Positions 41,199-51,357 of a stretch of 64,000 nucleotides of DNA are shown piece by piece (positions within the stretch are counted from its first letter, which is position 1; the number at the start of each line of letters is the position of its first letter). The notes below the pieces were generated by a model, which was not told where the DNA came from, did no database searches, and was given only the letters and a program-made list of their open reading frames with translations. This DNA is from an uncultured Gemmataceae bacterium (GTDB lineage Bacteria > Planctomycetota > Planctomycetia > Gemmatales > Gemmataceae). Made by a program: the position numbers and the translations under genes. The stretch lies in assembly GCA_963750165.1 (NCBI GenBank), contig CAVVPN010000012.1, positions 864,001-928,000 of the forward strand, in the 5' to 3' direction.

Positions 41199-42515
41199 AT
41201 GAGCCAGTTGGCCAGGGTCATTGAGCATTTACGCGGCGTGCTGCTGCGGCCGCACGGCGCCGGCACGGACGGCGACCTGCTGGAGCGCTACGTCGTGGCA
41301 CGCGACGCGGCGGCCTTCGAGACGCTGGTGCGCCTGCACGGGCCGATGGTCTGGGGCGTCTGCCGCCGGGTGCTGGGTCACGCTCACGACGCGGAGGATG
41401 CGTTCCAGGCGGTGTTCCTGGTGTTGGCCCGCCGGGCGGCGTCGGTGTGGCCGCGCGAGCGCGTCGGCGCCTGGCTGTACGGCGTGGCCCGGCGCACCGC
41501 CCTGGGACTGCGGCGGTCGATGGCTCGACGGCGGCAGAAGGAGCGGGACGCGGCCGCGCTGCCGCGGCCAGTCGGCGGCGACGACGCATTCGCGGAACTG
41601 CGGCCCGTCCTCGACGAGGAGGTGGGCCGACTGCCGGAGCGCTACCGGGCGGCCCTGGTGCTGTGCGACCTGGAAGGCAAGACGCGCAAGGAGGCGGCGG
41701 AGCAGCTCGGCTGGCCCGAGGGGACCGTCGCCAGCCGGCAGGCGCGGGCGCGGGCGCTGCTGGCGCGGCGGCTGGCGCGGCGCGGGATGACGCCCGGCGG
41801 CCTGGCGGCGCTGCTGGCCGGGGAGGCGTCGGCCGCGCCGCCGGCGGGGTTGGTGGCCGCCGCGGTGCAGGCGGCGGGTTGGAGAACGGTGTCACGGGCG
41901 GCGGCCGCGAGCGTTTTGTCCGCCGAGGCGGTCGCCATCGCGGAAGGAGTGCTGAGAGCCATGTTCATCGTCAAACTGAAATGGGTGGCCGTGCTGCTTC
42001 TGGCCGGCGTCGTGTGCGCCGGAGCGGCCGTGTCCGCCCACGTCCTGGGAACCCAGCCGACGGGGGTGGGGCAGCCAAACGACCCGGCGCGGCAGGCGCC
42101 GGCCAGGGAAGCCGGGGCCGAGCAGGGCAAGAAGGGGGACAAGAAGCCCAGCGAACCGCCAGCGGACAGCCCCAAAATCCAGGCGCTGCTCAAGGAGCGG
42201 CTCGCCATTCTGAAGGAACAGGTCGCGGTGCTGCAGAAGCGCTTCGAGCAAGGGGTTGTCACCGCGGAAGTCCTGTTGCGTGCGCGGCGCCGGGCCTGCC
42301 AGGCGGAGTTGGAACTGTGTGCCACCGACCGGGAGCGGGTGGAAGTGCTGCAACGGCTGCTGGCGCTGGCCAAGGAAACAGAGGCGAGGACGGCACAACT
42401 GGTCAAAACGGGCGCGGCTTCGCAATCCATCCTGCTGGAGGCCCGGGCGGATCGGCTCGAGGTCGAGATCGCCCTGGAACGCGCCCGGCTTCGGCTTGGC
42501 GCGGCGGGTAAGTGA
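41199..42515 (+). CDS. ECF sigma factor with TM and C-terminal helical extension (Gemmata-type)
   Basis: TDGDLLERY, AFETLVRLHGPMVWGVCRR, DAEDAFQA and LCDLEGKTRKEAA..LGWPEGTV; TM after MFIVKLK. Confidence 0.9.
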   Translation: MSQLARVIEHLRGVLLRPHGAGTDGDLLERYVVARDAAAFETLVRLHGPMVWGVCRRVLGHAHDAEDAFQAVFLVLARRAASVWPRERVGAWLYGVARRTALGLRRSMARRRQKERDAAALPRPVGGDDAFAELRPVLDEEVGRLPERYRAALVLCDLEGKTRKEAAEQLGWPEGTVASRQARARALLARRLARRGMTPGGLAALLAGEASAAPPAGLVAAAVQAAGWRTVSRAAAASVLSAEAVAIAEGVLRAMFIVKLKWVAVLLLAGVVCAGAAVSAHVLGTQPTGVGQPNDPARQAPAREAGAEQGKKGDKKPSEPPADSPKIQALLKERLAILKEQVAVLQKRFEQGVVTAEVLLRARRRACQAELELCATDRERVEVLQRLLALAKETEARTAQLVKTGAASQSILLEARADRLEVEIALERARLRLGAAGK

Positions 42516-42529
42516 TCCAACGTGGTGCA

Positions 42530-42612
42530 GGCGAGCGGCGCAGCGTCATCTTTACCAGCCCGAAACGCCAGCGAGGGTTTCTGCGTCCCTCGCTGGCGCT
42601 TCGGGCTGGTAA
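42530..42612. repeat. Half family A REP plus family B-like palindrome
   Basis: GGCGAGCGGCGCAGCGTCA, then TTACCAGCCCGAAACGCCAGCGAGGG...CCCTCGCTGGCGCTTCGGGCTGGTAA. Confidence 0.75.
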
Positions 42613-42617
42613 GCGCG

Positions 42618-43580
42618 CTAAATGCCGCGTTTCTTGACCGCGAGCTTGCCGTCGTCGATGAGCTGTTCCAGGGCGGAGCGGTCCAGCGTCGGCGCCTGGA
42701 CGCCGTTCTCCGGCACCGGCAGGCTCGCCACCCAGGCGCAGGCGTTGAGCAGCAGCGTGCGGAAGTTGTCGTTGCCGAGGTTGGTGTGCTTGTGCAGGCC
42801 GGTGAAGCCGAAACCGCGGCCGCCGTCGGGGCGCCGATAGGCCCACGCCACCACCTGCGGTTCACCCTTTTTCACGGCCTCGTACACCGCCGGGTTGCCG
42901 CCGTGTGAGGTCGCTTTCTTGCCCTCGCCCTGCACCGTCTTCAGCGGCGGCACCGCCTTGAGGATCGGCGTCACCCCCTGCATTTTGTCCACGAAACGCA
43001 TGTGATAGTACCACTCGTCGTTGATGCTGAACGGCTTGACGCCGCGCGTCACCTCATGTTTGGGCAACTCCTTGAAGTCCGGCGTCCAGAACGGGTTGAC
43101 GGACCAGAACGTCTCGAAGTAGCCGCCGAGCCAGTTCAGGTAGTTCTTGCCCTGGTCGCCCTTGTTGACCTCGACGCCGTAGTGGATGGCCATGAAGCCG
43201 GCGCCGCGGCCGACCGCTTCCTTGACCGCCGGGTTGACCGCGGAGCCGCCGTGGTTGAGCAGCACGATCACCGCGTCGGCGTGCTTGAGGTCCTTCGGCC
43301 ACTTCGCTTTGGTGTAGACGGTGCAGTAGGCGTCGGGGTATTTCGCGTTGAGGGTGCGAGCGAAGTAGATGGCGGCGGCCAGAAATTCGTGGTTGCCGCG
43401 CGGCCCGTGCGGGGCGGTGTCGGCGACGAATACGATGCGCTTGACGCCCTTGGCGGCCTTCTGGGCCGCGTAGTCGAAGATGTCGCGTTCCTTGCCGCCG
43501 GCGTGCGCGGCAGCGGCGCCGAGGAGCAGGACGGCCACGGCCAGCAGCAGCGGACTGCGGCGGAGCAAGCGGGAGAGCAT
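42618..43580 (-). CDS. ThuA-like domain secreted protein
   Basis: Signal peptide; HGPRGNHEF, IHYGVE, DEWYYHMRF and RPDGGRGFGFTGLH. Confidence 0.85.
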   Translation of the reverse strand: MLSRLLRRSPLLLAVAVLLLGAAAAHAGGKERDIFDYAAQKAAKGVKRIVFVADTAPHGPRGNHEFLAAAIYFARTLNAKYPDAYCTVYTKAKWPKDLKHADAVIVLLNHGGSAVNPAVKEAVGRGAGFMAIHYGVEVNKGDQGKNYLNWLGGYFETFWSVNPFWTPDFKELPKHEVTRGVKPFSINDEWYYHMRFVDKMQGVTPILKAVPPLKTVQGEGKKATSHGGNPAVYEAVKKGEPQVVAWAYRRPDGGRGFGFTGLHKHTNLGNDNFRTLLLNACAWVASLPVPENGVQAPTLDRSALEQLIDDGKLAVKKRGI

Positions 43581-43736
43581 GCGGGACCTCGTGGGGTTGT
43601 GGGTTGGTGGGCAGGGTGTCTCGACAATTCGTGATGCTACGGCGGCGCGGGGCCGGTGTCAACGAAGTGGCGGCGCTGGACAGCGGGACCGGGAACGCTT
43701 ACGCTGCACGGTGGTGAGGCACCGGAGGGCGGGCAC

Positions 43737-44423
43737 ATGACCGAGGCGGAATGGCTGGCGGCAGAATCCCCCGAACGGCTTCTCCTGTGGCTCGGGGCCA
43801 AGAGTCGTCGCCGTCGATCCGTTCGCAAGAATGGGCTGTTTGTGGCCGCTTGCGCCTCGCGCGTGAAGTCATTCATGACACAGGGAATCACGCTGCGGGG
43901 ATTGGAATTGGCCGAACGCATGGCCGAAGGCGTGGCCGGCGAACCTGAGTACAATGCGTTCCTTGCCGATTTCCAGAATATGTCGCATCCAGGTACGCCT
44001 GGGCCGCAAGAAGCGGCAAGAGTGGTGCCGTTTTATGCTGTGCATGTCACACTTCCCCATCGCATCGGACAATCATCCGAAAAGCAGGCTGTCAGCGCGG
44101 CTCGATGTTGTGCCGGCGTCTATTACGCTGCCAACGATGTCCCATGTGCGATGCGAGAGATCGCCGTCCAAGCTGACTATCTGCGGGACATCGTTGGCAA
44201 CCCCTTCCGCTCCGTCGTCCTCGATCCCACCTGGCGGACGCCGACGGTGCTGCAGCTCGCGCAGGCCCTCTACCACGACCGCGCCTTCGACCGCCTCCCC
44301 ATACTCGCCGACGCCCTCGAAGAAGCCGGCTGCACCGACGCCGCCATTCTCGGCCACCTGCGCGGCCCCGGCCCGCACGTCCGCGGTTGCTGGGCGCTCG
44401 ACCTGCTGCTGGGCAAGGAGTGA
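43737..44423 (+). CDS. Gemmataceae multicopy family protein (MTEAEWL...LADALEEAGC...HVRGCW)
   Basis: N-terminus and C-terminus match a recalled expanded Gemmata family; GGAGG RBS. Confidence 0.75.
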   Translation: MTEAEWLAAESPERLLLWLGAKSRRRRSVRKNGLFVAACASRVKSFMTQGITLRGLELAERMAEGVAGEPEYNAFLADFQNMSHPGTPGPQEAARVVPFYAVHVTLPHRIGQSSEKQAVSAARCCAGVYYAANDVPCAMREIAVQADYLRDIVGNPFRSVVLDPTWRTPTVLQLAQALYHDRAFDRLPILADALEEAGCTDAAILGHLRGPGPHVRGCWALDLLLGKE

Positions 44424-44439
44424 TCGATTCCGCCAACGT

Positions 44440-44762
44440 GCGTGCATTCACTTGCCTGATGGCCGTTTTCACGGCGTACCCACCCGCGAACCCGACCAGC
44501 ACTTTCACCAGATCCAGTGCCAGGTCCGCTCGGCCGAAATACAGGGAAAGCCAGCAGATCACGACCAGGGCCAGGGAGATGATGATTGCCATCCAGAAAA
44601 AGTAGCGCTGCTTCGTCTTTCGCCACTCGTGATCCAACTTGGCCAGCTCGAACCTCTGCTCCTTGGTGAGCAGGGGAAACGCCGGGCAACTTTATCGATG
44701 GACGAACTCGCCTCGGAGACGAGTTCGTCAACGTCCCGCTTCGTCTCGGACCTCTTGGCCAT
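44440..44762 (-). CDS. Small membrane protein, frameshift at ~44675; 3' end uncertain
   Basis: AGGAG RBS; MAKRSETK... continues in another frame as LLTKEQRFELAKLDHEW...two TM helices. Confidence 0.45.
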
Positions 44763-44771
44763 GCGGATCTC

Positions 44772-45022
44772 CTATCCCTGGCTCACCAACGCGGCCCGGG
44801 CCTTCAGGTCTGCCACCAGATCGCGCAGACGGTCGCGGAACTGCTCCATCTCTTCATCGCTCAATCCATCGATGAACCGCTCCATTGGTTCGGTGAGCGC
44901 CCGCGCCGGAGCGATTCGACCAGTTCCATGACGAGGTCTTCCTGGTCGCTTTCGGGCTGCGCCGTTTCCAGCTGCCCGCGGATTTTCTTCCCTGCTTCCT
45001 CAACAATTTGCTCGTGCTGCAT
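44772..45022 (-). CDS. Small acidic helical protein, frameshift at ~44901
   Basis: GGAGG RBS; MQHEQIVEEA... continues as ALTEPMERFIDGLSDEEMEQFRDRLRDLVADLKARAALVSQG*. Confidence 0.5.
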
Positions 45023-45090
45023 GGTAAGCCCTCCGTTTGAGTGCGAACCCATTGTACCAGGTGGGAAAAGATTTTCCCGGCCGTTTCAGG

Positions 45091-46341
45091 TCACACCGCC
45101 TGATACCCCTTCGCCGTCTTCTCCTTGACCAGCCTGTCCGCCTGCTCCGCCGCCGCCTTCGCGCTGACGAGGTACTGCGTGCTGCTCTGCCCCGCGCTGC
45201 CGATGCGGCCGTAGCGCACCGTCACCTCACTGCCCTGCACCGACACTTCCCAGAACTTGTGCGCCGCCCCCTCCGACAGCTCGAACCGCCGCACCGCGGC
45301 CGGGGGCGCTGGCGGGGCGGCCGGCGCCGGCTGCGGCGCCTCCGCGCGGACGCCGATGAACGACGGGAAGCGCGGCACTCCGCCTTCGGACAATTCCTGA
45401 TAGCGGAACGTGATCGTGCTGCCGACCGGCGGCGGCTGCTGGCGCTCCGCGTCGGAAAAGCCGGTGCCCACGGAGAAGCGCGTGCCGTCCGCCAGTTCCA
45501 CGAACAGCGCCCCCAGCCGGCCCTTGTGCTTGCCCGCCCCCTCCAGGTGTTGCAACACTCGCGCCTCCGCGTCGTGGAAGCGCTTGACCTTCAGCAGCGT
45601 GGACGAGCGGCCGCTCTCGTACTTCGAGCCGGGCCGGCGCATCATCAGCCCTTCCGCCCCCAGCGCCTCCAGCCGCTCCAGCTCCGCCCGCAGGTGGTCG
45701 ATGCCGTGACAGCGCTGCTGCTCATGGGCCAGGGCGTACATGGCCTTGCTGCCCGTGAGGCACTCGCGCACAAACTCCTGTCGTGCCTCGAACGCCTTCT
45801 CCAACTTCGGCGCGTCGAAGACGACGTAACGCACCTGCTTCCAGAGGTCGGTCTTGTCCTGGCGGCGCACGAGGCCCGAAGTCTTGTTGAATTGCTTGCG
45901 GCCAATCCACAGTTCACCGTCCAGCGGTTCGGACGGTAGCCCGATAGTGAACCAGTCCGGTACGTGCCATTGGTTGCCCTGCCGCGACCAGAAATGTTGG
46001 CCGTCCCAGAACGCCCGCACGCCATCCAGCTTTTCGCTCAGCCACCAGCCCGTCGGGTCGAGGACGCAGTCCCACGTCTCGGCCAGCAGCAGCGGCGGTG
46101 CGCCGGCTCCCTTGGCGGGCGACTCGGGCTTGGGCGGCAGCGGAGCGCCGAGGCGGGCCTGCTCCGCTTCCTCGCCGCGGAACTGACGCAGGTGCTTGCA
46201 GGTGCGGCGCTCGATCGGCACCGACTGGTTGCGCCACGCCGGGCAGCTGCACGAGTAGACGCCGCCCACGTTTTTGAGGACGTACGGCTTGACACCGGAG
46301 CCCTGGATTTCTGCCGTCTGGCCGTCTTGCAGGTCCGCCAT
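45091..46341 (-). CDS. ATP-dependent DNA ligase with N-terminal SWIM Zn finger and C-terminal WGR domain
   Basis: YSCSCPAW...TCKH; SEKLDGVRA (adenylated Lys), LDGELW, EGLMMR, LLKVK and OB-fold VGTGFSD...PRFPSF; KFWEV...YGRIG...EKTAKGY. Confidence 0.92.
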   Translation of the reverse strand: MADLQDGQTAEIQGSGVKPYVLKNVGGVYSCSCPAWRNQSVPIERRTCKHLRQFRGEEAEQARLGAPLPPKPESPAKGAGAPPLLLAETWDCVLDPTGWWLSEKLDGVRAFWDGQHFWSRQGNQWHVPDWFTIGLPSEPLDGELWIGRKQFNKTSGLVRRQDKTDLWKQVRYVVFDAPKLEKAFEARQEFVRECLTGSKAMYALAHEQQRCHGIDHLRAELERLEALGAEGLMMRRPGSKYESGRSSTLLKVKRFHDAEARVLQHLEGAGKHKGRLGALFVELADGTRFSVGTGFSDAERQQPPPVGSTITFRYQELSEGGVPRFPSFIGVRAEAPQPAPAAPPAPPAAVRRFELSEGAAHKFWEVSVQGSEVTVRYGRIGSAGQSSTQYLVSAKAAAEQADRLVKEKTAKGYQAV

Positions 46342-46440
46342 GTGTCGCCCTCCGCGCAGTTGGGATGGGGAATGAGTGTATTGATTGAAAGAAACTGTAC
46401 ACGGTGGCACGGCGACGGCCAAGGTGAGTAGCCGCCCCGC

Positions 46441-46490
46441 TGACCCCGTTTACGTTTCGCGCAGCCCCGCGCGAAACGTAAACGGGGTCA
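46441..46490. repeat. Perfect 22-bp-arm palindrome between the ligase and the wsp operon
   Basis: TGACCCCGTTTACGTTTCGCGC / GCGCGAAACGTAAACGGGGTCA; a 17-bp arm fragment also lies at 28517-28533. Confidence 0.85.
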
Positions 46491-46562
46491 GGTGATGTCC
46501 GGCGCCGTATATTTCCTGAAGGGAGCCCGCCCGGCGCACGTTCACCGAGAGAAGCCACACCC

Positions 46563-47774
46563 ATGACTGAGGCTGTTACGTCACCCCCGCGGCCCCTCGT
46601 GGACCGCCCCGCGACCGTTCTGCTGATCGATGACCAGGCCATCGTCGGCGAACAGGTACGCCAGATGCTGGCCGGTGAACCGGACCTGGTCTTCCACTTC
46701 TGCCAGGAGCCTGCGAAGGCCATCGCCGTCGCCAACCAGGTGCAGCCAACCGTGATCCTGCAGGACCTGGTCATGCCGGACATCGACGGCCTGTTGCTGG
46801 TGAAATTCTTCCGCGCCAACCCGGCGACCAAGGCGACGCCGATGATCGTCCTGTCGAGCAAGGAGGAGCCGGTCATCAAGGCCCGCGCCTTCGCCCAGGG
46901 CGCCAACGACTACCTGGTGAAACTGCCGGACAAGCTCGAACTGGTCGCGCGCATCCGCTACCACTCGCGCAGCTACCTGAACCTGCTGGAGCGCAACGAA
47001 GCCTACCGCCAGCTGCAGGAGAGCGAGCGCCGCATGGCCGAGGAGATCGCCCAGGCGGCCCGCTACGTGCAGTCGCTGCTGCCGGCGAAGCTCACCGGCA
47101 CGCCGGCCATCGACTGGAAGTACGTGCCGAGCACCGACCTGGCCGGCGACATGTTCGGCTACCACTGGCTGGACCCGGACCACCTGGCGCTGTACCTGCT
47201 CGACGTGAGCGGTCACGGCGTCGGCTCGTCGCTGCTGGCGGTGTCCGCGGCCAACGTGCTCGCCGCCCAGTCGCTGCCGCACACCGACTTCCGCGACCCC
47301 GCCCAGGTGCTCAGCCGACTCAACGACGTCTTCCAGATGGAGAAGCAGAACGGCAAGTATTTCACGATCTGGTATGGCGTCTATCACCAGAAGGACCGCA
47401 CGCTGGCCTACGGGAACGCCGGCCACCCGCCCGCCCTGCTCTACCAGGGAGCCGACGCCGCCAGCACCGGCCTGCATCAGCTGGACGCCCTGGACCCGAT
47501 GGTCGGCATGCTGCCGCCGGACGTGCCGTTCGAGAGCCGCACCGTTCCCCTGGAGCCGCACGCTCGCCTGCTCATCTACAGCGACGGCGTCTTCGAGGTC
47601 GAGAAGCCCGACGGCTCCATGTGGGCGCTGTCGGAGTTCCTCACGTTCATGACCGACTTCCCGCTGGAAGGCGAGCCCGTCCCCGAGCGTCTGCACCGCC
47701 ATGTCCGCGAACTGGGCCGCTCCGACACCCTGGCCGACGATTTCTCGCTCATCGATGTGCGCTTCGGACCCTGA
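46563..47774 (+). CDS. WspR-like receiver domain fused to PP2C/SpoIIE (RsbU-like) phosphatase
   Basis: [46 protein letters not shown]2C: AGDMFGY, LDVSGHG, NAGHPP, YSDGVFE, ADDFSL. Confidence 0.9.
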   Translation: MTEAVTSPPRPLVDRPATVLLIDDQAIVGEQVRQMLAGEPDLVFHFCQEPAKAIAVANQVQPTVILQDLVMPDIDGLLLVKFFRANPATKATPMIVLSSKEEPVIKARAFAQGANDYLVKLPDKLELVARIRYHSRSYLNLLERNEAYRQLQESERRMAEEIAQAARYVQSLLPAKLTGTPAIDWKYVPSTDLAGDMFGYHWLDPDHLALYLLDVSGHGVGSSLLAVSAANVLAAQSLPHTDFRDPAQVLSRLNDVFQMEKQNGKYFTIWYGVYHQKDRTLAYGNAGHPPALLYQGADAASTGLHQLDALDPMVGMLPPDVPFESRTVPLEPHARLLIYSDGVFEVEKPDGSMWALSEFLTFMTDFPLEGEPVPERLHRHVRELGRSDTLADDFSLIDVRFGP

Positions 47775-47917
47775 CGGTAAGTGGGGATGTGCCAGAGACG
47801 CAAGCCCGGCCTGGGACTCCGCGGCGGACGACGGCCGCCAACGTCTGGCGTCTGGCAAGGCGGAAGATTTATACTGCAAGGATGATTCGCGAACCCGGCC
47901 CGTGGGAGGCTGTCTTG

Positions 47918-49561
47918 ATGCGCTTCAATAACGTCTCGATCCGGACCAAGTTATTCGGCAAGGTGGTCGTGGTCACGGCCGGGCTGGCGACCATTCTGGG
48001 GCTGGCCCTGTGGATCACGTCCACCTACCAGGTGGGCGGGCCGGTGTACAAGCGCATTCTCCAGGCCAACGAGCTGTCGCCGGACCTGACGCCCGCGACC
48101 CTGGCGATCCCGCGCATCTTCATGACCCTGCAGATTCTGGCGGAAGCCGACGAACTCCCGGAAATCCAGCGGCAGATCGACAGCCTGCGCAGCATGGAAC
48201 TGGAGTACCGCCGGCGCTTCGACTACTGGCGGCGGGAGTTGCCGAGCGGACCGATCCGGGACGGGCTGGAGCGCGAAACCGACCCGCCTGTCCGGGAAGT
48301 GTTCCGCATCGCCCGTGAGGACTTTTTACCCCTGGTCAACAAGAAGGACCGGGTCGGGGCGACCAAGGTTTTGAAGGAGAAGATCACGCCACGCTACCAG
48401 GAGCACCTGAAGGCGGCGGAACGGCTGCTGGACCTCATTAACAAGGACACCGCCCAGCGCGAGGCGGAGGTGCTGGCGGCCACGGCGTCCGCCCAGTGGA
48501 TCATGCTGGGCGTGGGCCTGCTGGTGCTCGGGCTCGCGGTGACCCTCAACGTGCTCATCGCCCGCAGCATCCTGCGCTCGACCGGCGTGCTCACCCATCG
48601 GATCGACGAGATGGCCGGCGGCGCCGGCGACCTGACCGCTCGGGTCCAGCTGGACACTCACGATGAGATCGGCCGCCTGGCCGACGGCATCAACGCCGTG
48701 ATCGAACGGCTGCACACGATGGTCGCCAAGATCCGCGAGGCGAGCCTGCAGCTGCTGTCCACGGCCTCGGAGATCGCGGCCACGGCCCGGCAACAGGAGG
48801 GCACGGCCCAGGGCCTCAGCGCCTCGACGACCGAGGTGGCGGCCGCGGTGCGCGAAATCTCAGCCACGAGCAAGGAACTGTCCGGTACGATGGAGCAGGT
48901 GTACGACAGCGCCAGCCAGGCCGCGACGCTGGCCACCGGGGGCCGGACGCAGCTGGGCGCCATGGAGGCGGCGATGCAGCAGCTGGTGCAATCGACCGCA
49001 TCGATCTCGGCCAAGCTGGCGACCATCCGCGAGAAGGCGGACAACATCAACCTGGTAGTGACCACCATCACCAAGGTGGCGGACCAGACGAACCTGCTGT
49101 CGATCAACGCCGCCATCGAGGCGGAGAAGGCGGGCGAGTACGGCCGCGGCTTCCTGGTGGTGGCGCGCGAGATTCGCCGGCTGGCGGACCAGACGGCGGT
49201 GGCGACGCTGGACATCGACAACATGGTGCGGCTGATGCAGGACGCGGTCAGTGCCGGCGTCATGCAGATGGACAAGTTCGGCGAGGAGGTGCGTGCCGGC
49301 GTGGGCCGCATCGCCCAGATCAACGGCGCCACCGGGCAGATCATCGAGCAGGTCGAGGGGCTGCGCGGCCGCTTCCAGCAGGTTAACGAGGGCATGCGCA
49401 ACCAGTCCACGGGAGCGCAGCAGATCAACGAGGCGATGATGCAGATCGCCCAGGGCACGCAGCAGACGCTGGCGGCGCTGGAAGAGTTCAACCGCGCCAC
49501 CGCCCACCTGCGCGCCGCGGTCGAGGGGCTGAACAAGGAGGTCGCGCAGTTCAAGGTGTGA
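47918..49561 (+). CDS. wspA: Methyl-accepting chemotaxis protein, WspA-like
   Basis: TM-periplasmic-TM-HAMP, then [43 protein letters not shown]. Confidence 0.9.
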   Translation: MRFNNVSIRTKLFGKVVVVTAGLATILGLALWITSTYQVGGPVYKRILQANELSPDLTPATLAIPRIFMTLQILAEADELPEIQRQIDSLRSMELEYRRRFDYWRRELPSGPIRDGLERETDPPVREVFRIAREDFLPLVNKKDRVGATKVLKEKITPRYQEHLKAAERLLDLINKDTAQREAEVLAATASAQWIMLGVGLLVLGLAVTLNVLIARSILRSTGVLTHRIDEMAGGAGDLTARVQLDTHDEIGRLADGINAVIERLHTMVAKIREASLQLLSTASEIAATARQQEGTAQGLSASTTEVAAAVREISATSKELSGTMEQVYDSASQAATLATGGRTQLGAMEAAMQQLVQSTASISAKLATIREKADNINLVVTTITKVADQTNLLSINAAIEAEKAGEYGRGFLVVAREIRRLADQTAVATLDIDNMVRLMQDAVSAGVMQMDKFGEEVRAGVGRIAQINGATGQIIEQVEGLRGRFQQVNEGMRNQSTGAQQINEAMMQIAQGTQQTLAALEEFNRATAHLRAAVEGLNKEVAQFKV

Positions 49562-49562
49562 C

Positions 49563-49619
49563 TTTCTGCCGCTTGCGGCTTAGCGCTCCGGAAGTGCGCT
49601 AAGCCGCTAGCGGCAGAAA
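49563..49619. repeat. Palindrome family C (GCCGCTTGCGGCTTAGCG...CGCTAAGCCGC)
   Basis: Inverted repeat; fragments at 1441, 36470 and 61579. Confidence 0.7.
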
Positions 49620-49642
49620 AACCAGAACCCACGGGGTTTCCC

Positions 49643-50101
49643 ATGCAGGCGCTCGCATTCCAGGTCGGCGCGGACCAGGTGGCGCTCGACGTCCGCGCCG
49701 TCGTGGAGGTGGTGCCGCGCGTGCGGCTGCGGCAGCCGGCCGGCGGGCCGCCGTGGCTCGCGGGGCTGTTCGTCTACCGCGGTCAGGTGGTGCCGGTCCT
49801 CGACCTGTTCCGCCTGGTCGGCGCCGGCGAGTGCCCGGCCGACCTGAGCAGTCGCATCATTCTCGTGAACGCGCCCGGCGGCGCTCCCGACCGCTACCTC
49901 GGGTTGCTCGCGGCTGGCGTCGCCGACCTCCGCAGCGTTCCGGACGTGAGGCCGCCGGTGGATCTGGCACAACCGGGCCGGCCCAGCCTCGGGCCGCTGC
50001 TGGCCGACGGTAGCGATGTGCTGCGGCTGCTGGACCTGAGCGGCCTGGTGCCCGGGGAGCTTGGCCGGTTGGCCCTGGCGGCCGCGGAGGCAGACCGATG
50101 A
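49643..50101 (+). CDS. wspB: CheW, WspB-like
   Basis: VVEVVP, PPWLAGLFVYRGQVVPVLDL and SSRIILV. Confidence 0.88.
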   Translation: MQALAFQVGADQVALDVRAVVEVVPRVRLRQPAGGPPWLAGLFVYRGQVVPVLDLFRLVGAGECPADLSSRIILVNAPGGAPDRYLGLLAAGVADLRSVPDVRPPVDLAQPGRPSLGPLLADGSDVLRLLDLSGLVPGELGRLALAAAEADR

Positions 50102-51357
50102 GCGCGGACGCCGTCGCTGATTTGCTGCGGGAACGGCTCGGCCTGGACCCCGACACCCTCGGCGCCGGTGTTATCCCCGCCGCGGTGCGGACGCGCATGG
50201 CCGCCCTGAGTGTGACCGACCCGGCGGCGTACGCGCAGCAAGCGCGGGCAGCGGCGCAGGAATATCAACGACTCGTGGACACAATCGTCGTGCCGGAGAG
50301 CTGGTTTTTCCGCGGCGGCACACTGTTCACGCACCTGGCCGACCACGTCAGCCGCGCCGCCCAGGCGCGGGGTGCTCCGGTGCGCGTGCTGTGCGTCCCG
50401 TGCGCCGCCGGACAGGAACCGTACTCCCTGGCGCTGGCGCTGCAGGAACATAACGTGCCCGCAACGGCGTACCACATCGAGGGCGTGGATGTCAGTCCGC
50501 GGCTGGTCGAGCAGGCCCGCGCCGGCATCTACGGCCCCTTCTCATTCCGCGAAGTGGAGCCGGCGCTGCAGCGCCGCCTCTTCCGGCCGGCCGCGAACGA
50601 CCAGTGGCAATTGCTGCCGGCGGTGCGCAGCCGGGTCTGCTTTCGCGTCGGTAACGCCATTGATCCGCACTTGTTGTTCGGCGAGCCGCCCTTCGACCTG
50701 ATCTTTTGCCGCAATTTGCTGATCTACCTGCACCCGGCGGCGCGGCGGCAAGTGCTGGACAATCTGGACCGACTGCTAGCCCCCGACGGCCTGCTCTGCA
50801 TCGGTCACGCGGAGCCGCTGGCGCAGTACGACGCCCGCTTCGCCGCCACGGGGCCGCGCGAGTTTTTCCTGTACCGGCGGGCCGGCGTGGCGGAGCGACC
50901 CGAGTCTGCCGTCCCGGCGAGCGGGGGGCGTCAGCGACTGGAGACGGGCCACACGTTGGAGCCCGAGTGCGCCCGTCCGAGCCCGAGCGCTAGCGAGGGG
51001 CCCCGCGCTGACGCTCGGGCTCGGATCGGCCCTTCAACTGCCGAATCTCCTGTCGAGCCGGCCGACGCCCGCCAGTTGGCCGACGCCGGCCGGCTCGACG
51101 AGGCCCTGCGCCTGTGCCGCGCCCAGCTCGACAGCGGCGCGCCGACGGCCGCGCTGTACAGCCTGCTCGGCGTGATTCACCAGGCACGGCACGAGGACGC
51201 CGACGCGGAAGCCGCGTTCCGCAAGGCCCTGTACCTGGAGCCTGAGCATTCGGAAGCACTGTTGCACCTGTCGCTGTTACACCAGCAGCGCGGCGACACG
51301 GCCCAGGCGGATCGGTTACGGCAGCGACTGCGCCGATCCGCGGGAGGCGACTCATGA
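50098..51357 (+). CDS. wspC: CheR methyltransferase with C-terminal TPR, WspC-like
   Basis: VPESWFFR, PCAAGQEPYS, DLIFCRNLLIY and GHAE; TPR FRKALYLEP.H.EALLHL. Confidence 0.9.
   Translation: MSADAVADLLRERLGLDPDTLGAGVIPAAVRTRMAALSVTDPAAYAQQARAAAQEYQRLVDTIVVPESWFFRGGTLFTHLADHVSRAAQARGAPVRVLCVPCAAGQEPYSLALALQEHNVPATAYHIEGVDVSPRLVEQARAGIYGPFSFREVEPALQRRLFRPAANDQWQLLPAVRSRVCFRVGNAIDPHLLFGEPPFDLIFCRNLLIYLHPAARRQVLDNLDRLLAPDGLLCIGHAEPLAQYDARFAATGPREFFLYRRAGVAERPESAVPASGGRQRLETGHTLEPECARPSPSASEGPRADARARIGPSTAESPVEPADARQLADAGRLDEALRLCRAQLDSGAPTAALYSLLGVIHQARHEDADAEAAFRKALYLEPEHSEALLHLSLLHQQRGDTAQADRLRQRLRRSAGGDS

Noticed and set aside
43737..44423. Diversity-generating retroelement target
   Set aside because: No reverse transcriptase and no template/variable repeat pair in the window.
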